From assembly GCA_002269645.1 (NCBI GenBank), contig NIVC01000218.1, forward strand, positions 266,407 through 330,406: a DNA stretch of 64,000 nt, in the 5' to 3' direction. The notes beneath the pieces are model-generated. The model saw only the letters and a list, made by a program, of their open reading frames with translations. It was not told the origin of the DNA and did not search any database. Below are positions 1 through 12,160 of the stretch, piece after piece (position 1 is the stretch's first letter; each line of letters begins with the position of its first letter). Both the position numbers and the translations under genes were made by a program. Origin of the DNA: Macrostomum lignano (taxonomy: Eukaryota).

Positions 1-1050
1 GTTCGATACAGTGACACAATATTCTCCCTTTAGTTCGATGCAGTGACACAATATTCTCCCTTTAGTTCGATGCAGTGACACAATATTCTCACTTTAGTTC
101 GATGCAGTGCCACAATATTCTCACTTCAGTTCGATGCAGTGACACAATATTCTCACTCTGATCCGATACAGTGACACAATATTCTCCCTTTAGTTCGATG
201 CAGTGACACAATATTCTCACTTTAGTTCGATGCAGTGCCACAATATTCTTACTTTAGTTCGATGCAGTGACACAATATTCTCCCTTTAGTTCGATGCAGT
301 GACACAATATTCTCACTTTAGTTCGATGCAGTGCCACAATATTCTCACTTTAGTTCGATGCAGTGACACAATATTCTCACTTTAGTTCGATGCAGTGACA
401 CAATATTCTCACTTCAGTTCGATGCAGTGACACAATATTCTCACTCTGATCCGATACAGTGACACAATATTCTCCCTTTAGTTCGATGCAGTGACACAAT
501 ATTCTCACTTTAGTTCGATGCAGCGACACAATATTCTCACTTCAGTTCGATGCAGTGACACAATATTCTCACTCTGATCCGATACAGTGACACAATATTC
601 TCACTTTAGTTCGATGCAGTGACACAATATTCTCACTTTAGTTCGATGCAGTGACACAATATTCTCACTCTGATCCGATACAGTGACACAATATTCTCCC
701 TTTAGTTCGATGCAGTGACACAATATTCTCACTTTAGTTCGATGCAGTGACACAATATTCTCACTTCAGTTCGATGCAGTGACACAATATTCTCACTCTG
801 ATCCGATACAGTGACACAATATTCTCACTTTAGTTCGATGCAGTGACACAATATTCTCACTTTAGTTCGATGCAGTGACACAATATTCTCACTCTGATCC
901 GATGCAGTGACACAATATTGTCACTTTAGTTCGATGCAGTGACACAATATTCTCACTTTAGTTCGATGCAGCGACACAATATTCTCACTTTAGTTCGATG
1001 CAGTGACACAATATTGTCACTTTAGTTCGATGCAGTGACACAATATTGTC
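1..1050. repeat. 32-bp minisatellite (GTTCGATGCAGTGACACAATATTCTCACTTTA)n, continues past window start
   Basis: Unit recurs every 32 nt (e.g. 321, 353). Variant units such as CTGATCCGATAC recur periodically. Confidence 0.95.
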
Positions 1051-1834
1051 ACTCATCCGATGTAGACACTTCTCTAGACACTCTTCAGCAACGTACAGAC
1101 ATGATAATCTCACTGTGATCCAAAATTGAGATAGCGACAGTAGTATAATATCTGTAGATAAAATATAGGACATTGCCCGATGCTACATAGCAGCCGGCAA
1201 TCTCTACTGCAATGCTGCTACGATTAACGACACGCACAAGCATAGCAAATTATATTATTAGGCAAGTATATGCAATGTGCGTATTGAGCAGTTAGTGGCC
1301 TCGACTGAGCACAAAACACTACAAAGTACAAGAGATTGAGCAGAAAAAGTAGAGAAATTTTGTTCTCATATTTAACCGCACGCAATAAATCAATAATTGG
1401 GATCGGATAGGGGGCATTTCTATAACGAATAAACTCCCTCTTTTCCATCACTTCTTCTTGAGCATATTTGAGCATATATAAGCACGAACACAGTTCACCT
1501 TCTGAAAGAGCCATCTAGCCAGTCAGTCAGGCTGGTTTAACTTCCAGATCAGGCCACTTAACTCATAAGTCAAAATGGATTTTTTTCTTGAAAAATAAGC
1601 CGGCAGCCCGCCAAGCAGAACGATATGAAATATTAATCTGGTCAAAGCTAAGCGATGAAAATCCAATAGTCACGCTTCAGCAGTATTGATGAAAATTCAG
1701 CTATTTTATTAAGGATTTAGGGGCCATTTATTCTTCAAAAAGGTTCAAGACAAAGGAATTATAAGGAACTCCATCATTTTGCTAGTTGCCAAGCTAAACC
1801 CAGGTTTTCGAAAAAATTCCGAACCTTTAGTCGA

Positions 1835-2790
1835 GTCGCGGAAATCTCACTCCAGATGAAGCTTAAGACACGGAAATCTAACCCCCTAGATCCAATGCAG
1901 AGCCATGGAAATCTCACTCTAGATCTATAGCAGAGACAAGGAAATCTCACCCTAGATCTAACGCAGAGACACGGAAATCTCATCCTAGATCCATACAGAG
2001 ACGCGGAAATCTTTTTCTAGATCTAATACAGAGACACGGAAATCTCAGCTGGGTTTTTTTGTGCGAATGGGTGCGAATAGCATCCTGGTCTTAAAAATCG
2101 CACCCTGAAATCTAGCACAGGGTGCGAAATCGCACCCAAGTTATGGACGAAAAAAAAACCCAGAATCTCACCCTAGATACATACAAAGACGCGGAAATAT
2201 TTTTCTAGATCCAATGCAGAGACACGGAAATCTCACCCTAGATCCATAGAGACGCGGAAATCTTTTTCTAGATCCAATGCAAAGACACGGAAATCTCAAC
2301 CTGGATCCGATGCAGACACGGAAATCTCATTCTAGATCTAATACAGAGACACACAAATCTCACCCTAGGTCTAATGCTGAGACACGAAAATCTCACCCTA
2401 GATCTAATGAATAGACACGGAAATCCCATCCTAGATCTAATGGATGGACACGGAAATCTCACCCTAGATCCAACGCAGAGACACTGAAATCTCACCCTAG
2501 ACCTATAGCAGAGACAAAGAAATCTCACCCTAGACACAACACAGAGATACGGAAATCTCACCCTAGACCTATAGCAGAGACAAAGAAATCTCACCCTAGA
2601 CACAACACAGAGATACTGAAATCTCACCCTAGACCTATAGCAGAGACAAAGAAATCTCACCCTAGATCCAACGCAGAGACACTGAAATCTCACCCTAGAC
2701 CTATAGCAGAGACAAAGAAATCTCACCCTAGACACAACACAGAGATACGGAAATCTCACCCTAGATCAAATGCAGAGACACGGAAAATAT
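1835..2790. repeat. ~33-bp minisatellite (GCAGAGACACGGAAATCTCACCCTAGATCCAAT-like), interrupted by a MITE
   Basis: Repeated GAAATCTCACCCTAGA core. ORFs 1774-1983 and 2268-2759 are translations of the repeat. Confidence 0.9.
2049..2163. mobile_element. 115-bp MITE, hAT-like
   Basis: Ends CTGGGTTTTTTT...AAAAAAAACCCAG are inverted. Flanks AATCTCAG (2041-2048) and AATCTCAC (2164-2171) form an 8-bp TSD with 1 mismatch, taken from the host repeat unit. Internal GGGTGCGA/TCGCACCC motifs. Confidence 0.7.
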
Positions 2791-3339
2791 CAAATAGACA
2801 CAAAACCATACTTTAAAGTTTCAGAAAAGATATTACATTACTTAGACTATTTAGCAACGGAAAATCTATTAGCGTAATTGAGAAAATTTCTCAGACCAAA
2901 GGTCGGAATCAGGCGCAATTACGTAAACAGGCATAAACTAAACTCAGAACTGACAGCGCAAATTACGAGAAACCAGATTCATTTCGTAGAGCTACTTTAG
3001 TAAAGAAGGGTAATGGATGGAGACAGATATACAGATAGCATATGGTAACTGGCAGAATCAGCCATGGCAGTAGGAAATGCGGCATGACTGAATGCGGTCA
3101 GATATAAACAGGTCAGTGGCAATATTTACACATAACTTTTAACTCCGAAGCGCATTGGTTTATTAATAATTTTATAGTTTTGTGTCAGGTCTATCTATAT
3201 CTTGGGCTATTGGTATCATATAATTCAATTATAAAACTGAAGCCTTTATTTATTTTAATGCGTTTCCGGCACTTATTTTCCATTGGTGAGCCACTCTATA
3301 AAATGAGATTCTGCAATTCTTATTGAGGCTTCGGGGGAG

Positions 3340-5240
3340 ATTCTCAGTGAGGGTTCAGGGGCGATTCTCAGTGAGGGTTCAGGGGCGATTCTTAGTGAGG
3401 GTTCAGGGGCGATTCTTAGTGAGGGTTCAGGGGCGATTCTTAGTGAGGCTTCGGGGCAATTCTTAGTGAGGGTTCAGGGGCGATTCTCAGTGAGGCGTCA
3501 GGGGCGATTCTTAGTGAGGGTTCAGGGGCGATTCTTAGTGAGGGCTTGGGGGCGATTGTTAGTGAGGGTTCAGGGGCGATTCTCAGTGAGGCGTCAGGGG
3601 CGATTCTTAGTGAGGCTTCGGAGGAGATTCTCAGTGAGGGTTCAGGGGCGATTCTTAGTGAGGCTTCGGGGCGATTGTTAGTGAGGGTTCAGGGGCGATT
3701 CTCAGTGAGGCGTCAGGGGCGATTCTTAGTGAGGCTTCAGATGCGATTCTCAGTGAGGCGTCAGGGGCGATTGTTAGTGAGGGTTCAGATGCGATTCTTA
3801 GTGAGGCTTCATGGGCGATTCTTAGTGAGGCTTCATGGGCGATTCTTAGTGAGGCTTCAGATGCGATTCTTAGTGAGGCTTCAGATGCGATTCTTAGTGA
3901 GGGTTCAGATGCGATTCTTAGTGAGGGTTCAGATGCGATTCTTAGTGAGGCTTCATGGGCGATTCTTAGTGAGGGTTCAGATGCGATTCTTAGTGAGGGT
4001 TCAGATGCGATTCTTAGTGAGGGTTCAGATGCGATTCTTAGTGAGGCTTCAGATGCGATTCTTAGTGAGGCTTCATGGGCGATTGTTAGTGAGGGTTCAG
4101 ATGCGATTGTTAGTGAGGCTTCAGATGCGATTCTTAGTGAGGCTTCATGGGCGATTGTTAGTGAGGGTTCATGGGCGATTCTTAGTGAGGGTTCAGATGC
4201 GATTCTTAGTGAGGCTTCATGGGCGATTCTTAGTGAGGGTTCAGATGCGATTCTTAGTGAGGGTTCAGATGCGATTCTTAGTGAGGCTTCATGGGCGATT
4301 GTTAGTGAGGGTTCAGATGCGATTGTTAGTGAGGCTTCAGATGCGATTCTTAGTGAGGCTTCATGGGCGATTGTTAGTGAGGGTTCAGATGCGATTCTTA
4401 GTGAGGCTTCAGATGCGATTCTTAGTGAGGCTTCATGGGCGATTGTTAGTGAGGGTTCATGGGCGATTCTTAGTGAGGGTTCAGATGCGATTTTTAGTGA
4501 GGCTTCATGGGCGATTCTTAGTGAGGGTTCAGATGCGATTCTTAGTGAGGGTTCAGATGCGATTCTTAGTGAGGCTTCAGATGCGATTCTTAGTGAGGCT
4601 TCAGATGCGATTCTTAGTGAGGCTTCATGGGCGATTGTTAGTGAGGGTTCAGATGCGATTGTTAGTGAGGCTTCAGATGCGATTCTTAGTGAGGCTTCAT
4701 GGGCGATTGTTAGTGAGGGTTCATGGGCGATTCTTAGTGAGGGTTCAGATGCGATTCTTAGTGAGGCTTCATGGGCGATTCTTAGTGAGGGTTCAGATGC
4801 GATTCTTAGTGAGGGTTCAGATGCGATTCTTAGTGAGGCTTCATGGGCGATTGTTAGTGAGGGTTCAGATGCGATTCTTAGTGAGGCTTCATGGGCGATT
4901 GTTAGTGAGGGTTCATGGGCGATTGTTAGTGAGGGTTCAGATGCGATTCTTAGTGAGGCTTCAGATGCGATTCTTAGTGAGGCTTCAGATGCGATTCTTA
5001 GTGAGGGTTCAGATGCGATTCTTAGTGAGGCTTCAGATGCGATTCTTAGTGAGGCTTCATGGGCGATTGTTAGTTAGGCTTCAGATGCGATTCTTAGTGA
5101 GGGTTCAGATGCGATTCTTAGTGAGGCTTCAGATGCGATTCTTAGTGAGGCTTCAGATGCGATTCTTAGTGAGGCTTCATGGGCGTTTCTTAATGAAGGT
5201 TCAGGGGCGATTTTCAGTAAGGGTTCAGGGGCGATTTGAG
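3340..5240. repeat. 24-bp minisatellite (GATTCTTAGTGAGGCTTCAGATGC)n
   Basis: Exact 24-nt period. ORF 3546-5243 is its 8-aa translation. Confidence 0.95.
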
Positions 5241-5316
5241 TGAGGGTAGAGTGAATGGGACGACGAGAAATTACCCAATGAAGTGCTCAACAAGCAAGCT
5301 TACAGACACAACTCAC

Positions 5317-8300
5317 CCAATCGAATCTGGTCATTGGCCGCAGTCTCAGGCCGTCTTAGCATAACACCTGATCCAGCATCAGTACCGTCTTCATCAGTTT
5401 TATTAGCTGATTTGTTAAGTCTGGGAGGCAGTGGAGGGGGCGGCGGTGACTCCTGATGGTCAGGAGCAGCAGATGTCGCAGCCACGGTCACCACGGGCGG
5501 TTCAGCCGACGACACCACAGTTCGAGTTCGCACAACTTTCTGACGCCGCCGTCTCAATATTCGACGCTTATAAAGTACACCGTCTACTTTAACGAACTCT
5601 TCGGTGACTTCCTCTTCAGTCTGAGTCGAGTCCTCCGATCGATTGTTTAATTCAGCTGCATCGTCGCCTTTGTCGTTGGGGGCGATGGCCAAGGTGGAGG
5701 ACGCGTTAGCAACCAGAGATGAAGCTCCGGAGGAAGAAGACGAATCAGACGAAGCGGCCGAAGACGCAGGAGAGGAAGACCGAAGCAATCGGCTAGTGTT
5801 TGCCGGCGCCGCGCAAGCAGACTCAGAGTCAGAGGGCTCCATAAAAACCAGAGTGGATCTCAGCTGACTACCGGCGGCGTCAACAAGTTCGTTCACTTTG
5901 TTTTCGTCTTCCGATTCAGATCCGGCGACGTGCAGTCCTTCGAGCTCCGAAGGCAGCGAGCTGCGCAGCCGTTCGCGACTGAAAATCGACGGGGATGCGG
6001 CGAGGTGTTTGCCTGGCTGGAATATAAAACTCGAAATCCCCTATTCGAATTCCAAAATCTTCAAATCTTTCGAAATATTCATATTCACATATTTAATCCC
6101 GAAAATCCTCATCTGGAATCCCAAAATCCCCATCTGAAATCCCCGAAATCCCTATCTGGAATCCCGACATCCTTATCTGAAATCCCGAAATCCCTATCTG
6201 GAATCCCGACATCCCTATCTGGAATCCCGAAATCCTTATCTGGAATCCCGAAATCCTTATCTGGAATCCCGATCCCGAAATCCCTATCTGGAATCCCGAC
6301 ATCCCTATCTGGAATCCCAAAATCCCCATCTGGAATCCCGAAATCCCCATCTGGAATCCCGAAATCCCCATCTGGAATACCGAAATCCGCATCTGAAATC
6401 CCGAAATCCCCATCTGGCATCCCGAAATCCCCATCTGGCATCCCGAAATCTCCATCCCCAATCAGCCATACCTGTGAGTTTCAACTCTCGGTGACCGGCA
6501 GGCGTCAATGATGCTCTGAAATTAATTGGCAATAGGTAAGCGGGTACCTTATACTGTATATACGTAACTGAAAAAATCAAGGAATTACGGAAATAGCTTG
6601 GGATTAGCAGGTACAGCCAAGGTAATCCTGACCAATTCACTTCTTGGCAGCCGTTTTCTGATGGCCTCTATCGTATTCGTTCAATGACTGAAGCTGTGCA
6701 CGATACAGTCTGTCTTTACTTCCTTGCCGCATGGCTGCTTGTCCCCCAATATTTTTATTGCTAAGCCAGTTCGAAGCCTCTCCCCTCTCCCAATCCTCAT
6801 CCCCAAGCATCCAGACCCCCCACCCAAGAAAGCCTAACAAAGTGTGGAGAGTTGTTCGTTTCCCCCTCAAGCCGACCCTTCAGCAGCGCGCTTGCCCGTG
6901 CACAGCCAATAGACCGACTGCACCAATCCAAGCTGGCAACTGCACAGCGGCCAGATGTTGAGAGAGAGAGAGAGGGGGGAATGCGAAGAAAAAATGCCCA
7001 TAAAGGACTTTGGCCGATCCTGCATTTTCAGACACGTGTTTCGTACACGCTTTAAAAGAGAAAGGAATGTGAGCTTTGCTAAAGGAGAAAATTACACTGG
7101 TTCTGAGAAATGACGACACTAATGAGTAACCGGTAACTAGGCATTTACTAATATGGCCAATTTATTACGCGTAAATACGACGGTTAGATTAATAGGACAG
7201 ATAAGGTAGGTGTCAGCGGAGAAGGGGTGGCGGAGAGGGGGTAGTGGGATAGAGGTTAGTGAGATTGGGGGTAGCGGGTAGGGGGTAACGGGTAGGGGTA
7301 GTGAGACTAGGGGTAGTTTGATAGGGGGCAGCGGGTAGGGGGTAGCGGGATAGGGGTAGTGAGTCTAGGGGTAGTTGGATAGGGGGGTAGCGGGTAGGGG
7401 GAAGTGGGATAGGGGGTAGTGGGATAGGGGTAGAGAGATAGGGGGTAGTGGGTAGGGGGTAGCGGGATAGGGGTAGTGAGTCTAGGGGTAGTGAGATAGG
7501 GGGTAGTGGGTAGGGGGTAGCGGGATAGGGGTAGTGAGTCTAGGGGTAGTTGGATAGGGGGGTAGCGGGTAGGGGGAAGTGGGATAGGGGGTAGTGGGAT
7601 AGGGGTAGAGAGATAGGGGGTAGTGGGTAGGGGGTAGCGGGATAGGGGTAGTGAGTCTAGGGGTAGTTGGATAGGGGGTAGTGGGATAGGGGTAGAGAGA
7701 TAGGGGGTAGTAGGTAGGGGTAGTGGGATAGGGGTAGTGAGTCTAGGGGTAGTTGGATAGGGGGGTAGCGGGTAGGGGGAAGTGGGATAGGGGGTAGTGG
7801 GATAGGGGTAGAGAGATAGGGGGTAGTGGGTAGGGGGTAGTGGGATAGGGGGTAGCGGGTAGGGGGAAGTGGGATAGGGGGTAGTGGGATAGGGGTAGAG
7901 AGATAGGGGGTAGTGGGTAGGGGGTAGTGGGATAGGGGGTAGCGGTGCCCACTGAGAGACCGATAAAAAATCAAATTGACCGATTAACAAAAGCGACAAA
8001 TTTTTAAAACAACAAGCGCTACGAGTACACAGATAATAATATCCGAATAAAAGCTACTTCGTTATGATTGAATATTAATTATGGTTGCAGACTGCACCTA
8101 CTATCCTTAGCTACAAAAACATAATAAAATAAGGACCTAAGGTATAAGCAATTTAAAAAACAGGGATTACGAGAATAAAGAAATAATAAATATATTCTAA
8201 AACTGACAACAAAGTAAAATAAGAAACAATGAATCAATATGAAATGATAATTCTTACCAACAGTCGCCGTTAGAGAAATCTTTAAAAGCTTCTCTGGAGA

Positions 8301-10358
8301 GAGAAAAAATGATATTCGCAATTCAAGACCGGTTCAATTAACCTATATACACTGTGCAGCGCAGATAGATGCTAGTCAGCCGGAGGTAGTCAGGCTAGTT
8401 GGGTTCATGAAATTCATACACACGCGTGAACAGCAGAAACGATCTACGCAATTAAAAGTAAACATTGGTCTATCTAAGAAACGATGCCAAGAAAGCTCCA
8501 ACACTTGACTTATTTGACCCGATAGTTCAGTAGCAACGCCAACGCCTCCCCCGCTTGAGCTTAAGTCCCGGGTTCGATTCCCTCACTTGTGTGTGTGTAG
8601 TGGAAAGACGGACAAAGCCTATGGTAACTTGCGAATTTGCAGAGCCTTTGGTACAACAATTAGATGAGGCATCACTGATGGCCTGCAACACAGGCTTGCA
8701 TAAATGTGCAACACTAATAACTAAGTACTAACAAGATGACGAGGCTTTTAGCCCTAATAATACAGTTATAGTTACTCCTGCCATATACCCAAAATTATGT
8801 TAACTTTGTTTAGGCAAGTTTTATTTAGGTCGCCATTACACAATATAAATATTCACGTTCAAAGGCATCATCTCCCAACTAGCGCTGAGGCAATTCTGCC
8901 CATTTCACTGACTCCTGACCACACACAGAGTGTACAAAGGCCTTCGCAACTTAGGGAGTTGGCCCTCATGAATGCGAAGCCCAAATGAATGTGGCTGTGA
9001 ATTTCACCCTTGTTTTATTCACCAGGATGCCAACCGAAAAAACTACCTTTTAAGCGAATTGCGCTTACCGATATTGTCTCGCGATAATCCGCCATCAGTC
9101 GAGTCCAATCGTTCAAGCTGTTGTCTTCTAAATCGAATTGATCACCAAATCTAACAGCCAGATGGATGCGGCGGTCTAGCGAGGAGCAGAGGCTTGCTAA
9201 GCTGGAGTTGGCGGCTAGTAACTGGGACTCGAACTGGCTCGACTGCCTGCGTGGGCGGCGGGGAATGAGTTCAGTTTAGGAACAGTGATGAAACTGGTGG
9301 GATTCTTGGGCGACCTAGCCTGAGTATTGGGAGGCTGGCCCAGCAGCTGAGGATCTGGAAGGCTGGCCTAGCAACCTAAAGATCTGGGAGGCTGGCCCAG
9401 CGACTGAGGATCTAAGAGGCTGGCCCAGCAGCTGAGGATCTGGGAGGCTGGCCTAGCAATCTAAAGATCTGGGAGGCTGGCCTAGCAACCTAAAGATCTG
9501 GGAGGCTGGCCCAGCGACTGAGGATCTAAGAGGCTGGCCCAGCAGCTGAGGATCTGGGAGGCTGGCCTAGCAACCTAAAGATCTGGGAGGCTGGCCCAGC
9601 GACTGAGGATCTGGGAGGCTGGCCCAGCGACTGAGAATCTGGGAGGCTGGCTCAGCAACTGAGGATCTGGGAGGCTGGCTCAGCAACTGAGGATCTGGTA
9701 GGCTGACCCAGCGACTGAGGATCTAAGAGGCTGGCCCAGCAGCTGAGGATCTGGGAGGCTGGCCTAGCAACCTAAAGATCTGGGAGGCTGGCCCAGCGAC
9801 TGAGGATCTAAGAGGCTGGCCCAGCAGCTGAGGATCTGGGAGGCTGGCCTAGCAACCTAAAGATCTGGGAGGCTGGCCCAGCGACTGAGGATCTGGGAGG
9901 CTGGCCCAGCAACTAAGAATCTGGGAGGCTGGCCCAGCAACTGAGGATCTGGGAGGCTGGCCCAGCAACTAAGGATCTGGGAGGGCTGGCCCAGCAACTG
10001 AGGATCTGGGAGGCTGGCCCAGCAACTAAGGATCTGGGAGGGCTGGCCCAGCAACTAAGGAACTGGGAGGCTGGCCCAGAAACTGAGGATCTGAGTGGCT
10101 GGCCCAGCAATTGATAATCTGGGAGGATGGCAATGCCCTTAATGTTTTATTTAAATGTAATAAACTGCATTTAATTTACTTTCTATACAAATCCTGACAA
10201 AGCAGTTTAACAGATGTTGTCATTTCGCCATGCTGACTTATTAGCAAGTACTGCACACTCTCCAACTGCGACTGGGCAGCCCTTGTTAGACAGACACGCT
10301 TCAGGTAGGTCAGAGTAGCCAGTATGGCATTGCAGTGCTGCTCAAGTTTGGTCATGGC
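5317..10358 (-). CDS. Partial multi-exon gene; helical/spectrin-repeat-like N-part followed by a Ser/Glu/Pro-rich low-complexity exon; product unknown
   Basis: Phase-compatible GT-AG exons: 10358-10180 (AMTKLEQH...DLYRK) joins 9246-9069 (QSSQFESQLL...LDRRIHLAVRF...LNDWTRLMADYRETIS). Separately, ~6740-6641 joins 6515-6472, which joins 6012-5317 (donor GTGAGT). Exons between 9069 and 6740 and downstream of 5317 are unresolved. Confidence 0.55.
6100..6460. repeat. 21-bp minisatellite (GGAATCCCGAAATCCCTATCT)n, intronic
   Basis: 7-aa periodic ORFs in several frames. Confidence 0.9.
7205..7945. repeat. G-rich minisatellite (GGGATAGGGGGTAGT-type), G-quadruplex-prone on + strand
   Basis: Dense runs of G3-G6 with 2-5 nt spacers over ~740 nt. 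Confidence 0.9.
8518..8598 (+). mobile_element. Degenerate tRNA-derived element (SINE-head-like)
   Basis: A-box-like TAGTTCAGTAGC, B-box GGTTCGATTCCC, then a (TG)n tail. No intact cloverleaf. Confidence 0.4.
9330..10125. repeat. 28-bp minisatellite family A (CTGGGAGGCTGGCCCAGCAACTGAGGAT)n, locus 1 (intron)
   Basis: 28-nt period. The same unit occurs at 21655-22120 (reverse complement) and 39088-39412. Confidence 0.95.
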
Positions 10359-11162
10359 CTGAATGTTGCATTGAAAAATGGGAATAAACAATAGATTTTC
10401 TGGTTACATAGGTTTTTAAAAAGGTTAAAATAGGCTTACATATTTAGCATCATCACTCCAGGGAGCACTAGATCGTAGTAGCACAGGACTAGACATTCTT
10501 ACTTTAAATTAGTCTAAGTCCACACTGCAATAAGTGCCTTTTGGAATGGCATAGAATAATTAACTCCTAATTGCTTCTTGAATTTGTCTCAAAGTTAAGC
10601 CAGAAACCTGAAATTAAAAAAAACATACCATTAGCTCAACATATTATTTATTGAATTTCTATAATATAAACATATACCAATACCTATATTAACTCTGCCA
10701 AGGCCAATGGGAATATAGACCCATGGTAAGGCTGTGCCTAAATTTTATAGGCTTATATATAATATTAGTAATGCATTATTCAAAATATACATTTAATTAT
10801 TCAAATAATTTGCTTACATTAAATAATATAAGACCTATCTATTATGGTATAATAAGTAGGTTATATGGATGCCACCAAATTTGTCAACATCTAACTTTTC
10901 AACTTACTATTAATGAATTTGGTTCATTTCTCAATGTATTGTTAACCATTTTTGGTTATCTAACTATACATACTTATACACTATTAACTAGTATTATTAT
11001 TATATATTAAAAATTGAGACAAATGTTATTTGAGAAGTCGAGAAGATACATAAGAAATAATTGAAATAAATGAAATGAATAGTTTTTATCTAATTTTATT
11101 TTTCACAAGTCAGCTTGTTAAAATCTAGGATTTGAAACCCGATGAATTTCAATCCCCAGAGC

Positions 11163-12160
11163 TACGAGGGGTGTCCAAAAAGTAGTGATACTTTTAACCG
11201 TAGCTCTCGTTCTGTAGCTTCCTGTGATTTAAAATTTTATAAACTGATAGTGGAAAATCTCTTCTACAGACTGCTTTTTGAATTTTTAAAATTGAGACCA
11301 GAGAACAAAAGTTATACCCACAAAAGTAACAGTACCTGTACCATAGAGTTAGACAAATTATAGGCTGAGCTTCACGAGATCCATGCCGAGTAAGCTTCGA
11401 TGAATTGTTGATTTCGGCTTGTCCAACCTGTCAGCGATCTCTCTAATGGTCATTCGGGAGTCCTCGTCAAGAAGATTCAGAATGGAGTCCGCCAGTACAT
11501 CAGGTCGATGAACGTATGGCCACCCCGTCCAATGCTGATCTGCCAAGTCAATCCTTCCCTCGCTGAACTGCTCCATCCATCGATAAACTGTCATTTTGCT
11601 GACCGCAAAGGATCCGTGCGCAGAGCAAAGTTTTGCGTGAATTTCTGAGGCACCATGGCCAGCACCCCAAAGAGTGAAGATAGTACTTTGCTGAGCAACA
11701 ACTGAGTGCACATTCATGTGTGTTGTCGAGTATGGGCAATGAAATCATGAACGAATCGCAAAATGCAAGCGATCCTCTGTTTGCAAGTAAAGTAATGCAT
11801 TTAATGCTTTATTTTTCTGCGCCTGATCCCGTCCATAGATAAATTTCAGTCAGTCACAGTGAGCATCATTTTGCAATTGGGGTTTGGTATTGCTTAAACA
11901 AGACATTTATCGATGCCTTCTTAATGAATGAGTGCAGAAGTCAACTATTATAAATTTTGATATAATTTGTGTAACTCTATGGTACAGGTACTGTTACTTT
12001 CGTGGGTATAACTTTTGTTCTCAAGTATCAATTTTAAAAATTCAAAAAGCAGTCTGTAAAAGAGATTTTCCACTATCAGTTCATAAAATTTTAAATCACA
12101 GGAATCTATAGAACGAGAGCTACGGTTAAAAGTATCACTACTTTTTGGACACCCCTCGTA
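11163..12160 (-). mobile_element. Non-autonomous mariner (Tc1/mariner) with TA ends, ~200-bp inverted termini and an N-terminal transposase fragment
   Basis: TA-CGAGGGGTGTCCAAAAAG at 11163 and CTTTTTGGACACCCCTCG-TA ending 12160. 11163-11362 is the reverse complement of 11961-12160 with ~9 mismatches by eye. ORF 11717-11358 has mariner HTH features (GASEIHAKL..AVSKMTVYRW..F..G; MTIREIADRL..KSTIHR). No DD34D domain. Confidence 0.92.

Noticed and set aside
1-1050. Regularly spaced 32-bp repeats suggestive of a CRISPR array
   Set aside because: Units are contiguous with no unique spacers, there are no cas genes, and the context is eukaryotic. The same applies to the other 28-43-bp arrays.
1224-1514. 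96-aa minus ORF as a stand-alone gene
   Set aside because: It has no recognisable domain. It is kept only as a speculative terminal exon in the spectrin-like gene finding.
3546-5243. 565-aa ORF
   Set aside because: It is a translation of a 24-bp tandem repeat lacking stops in one frame, with no unique domain.
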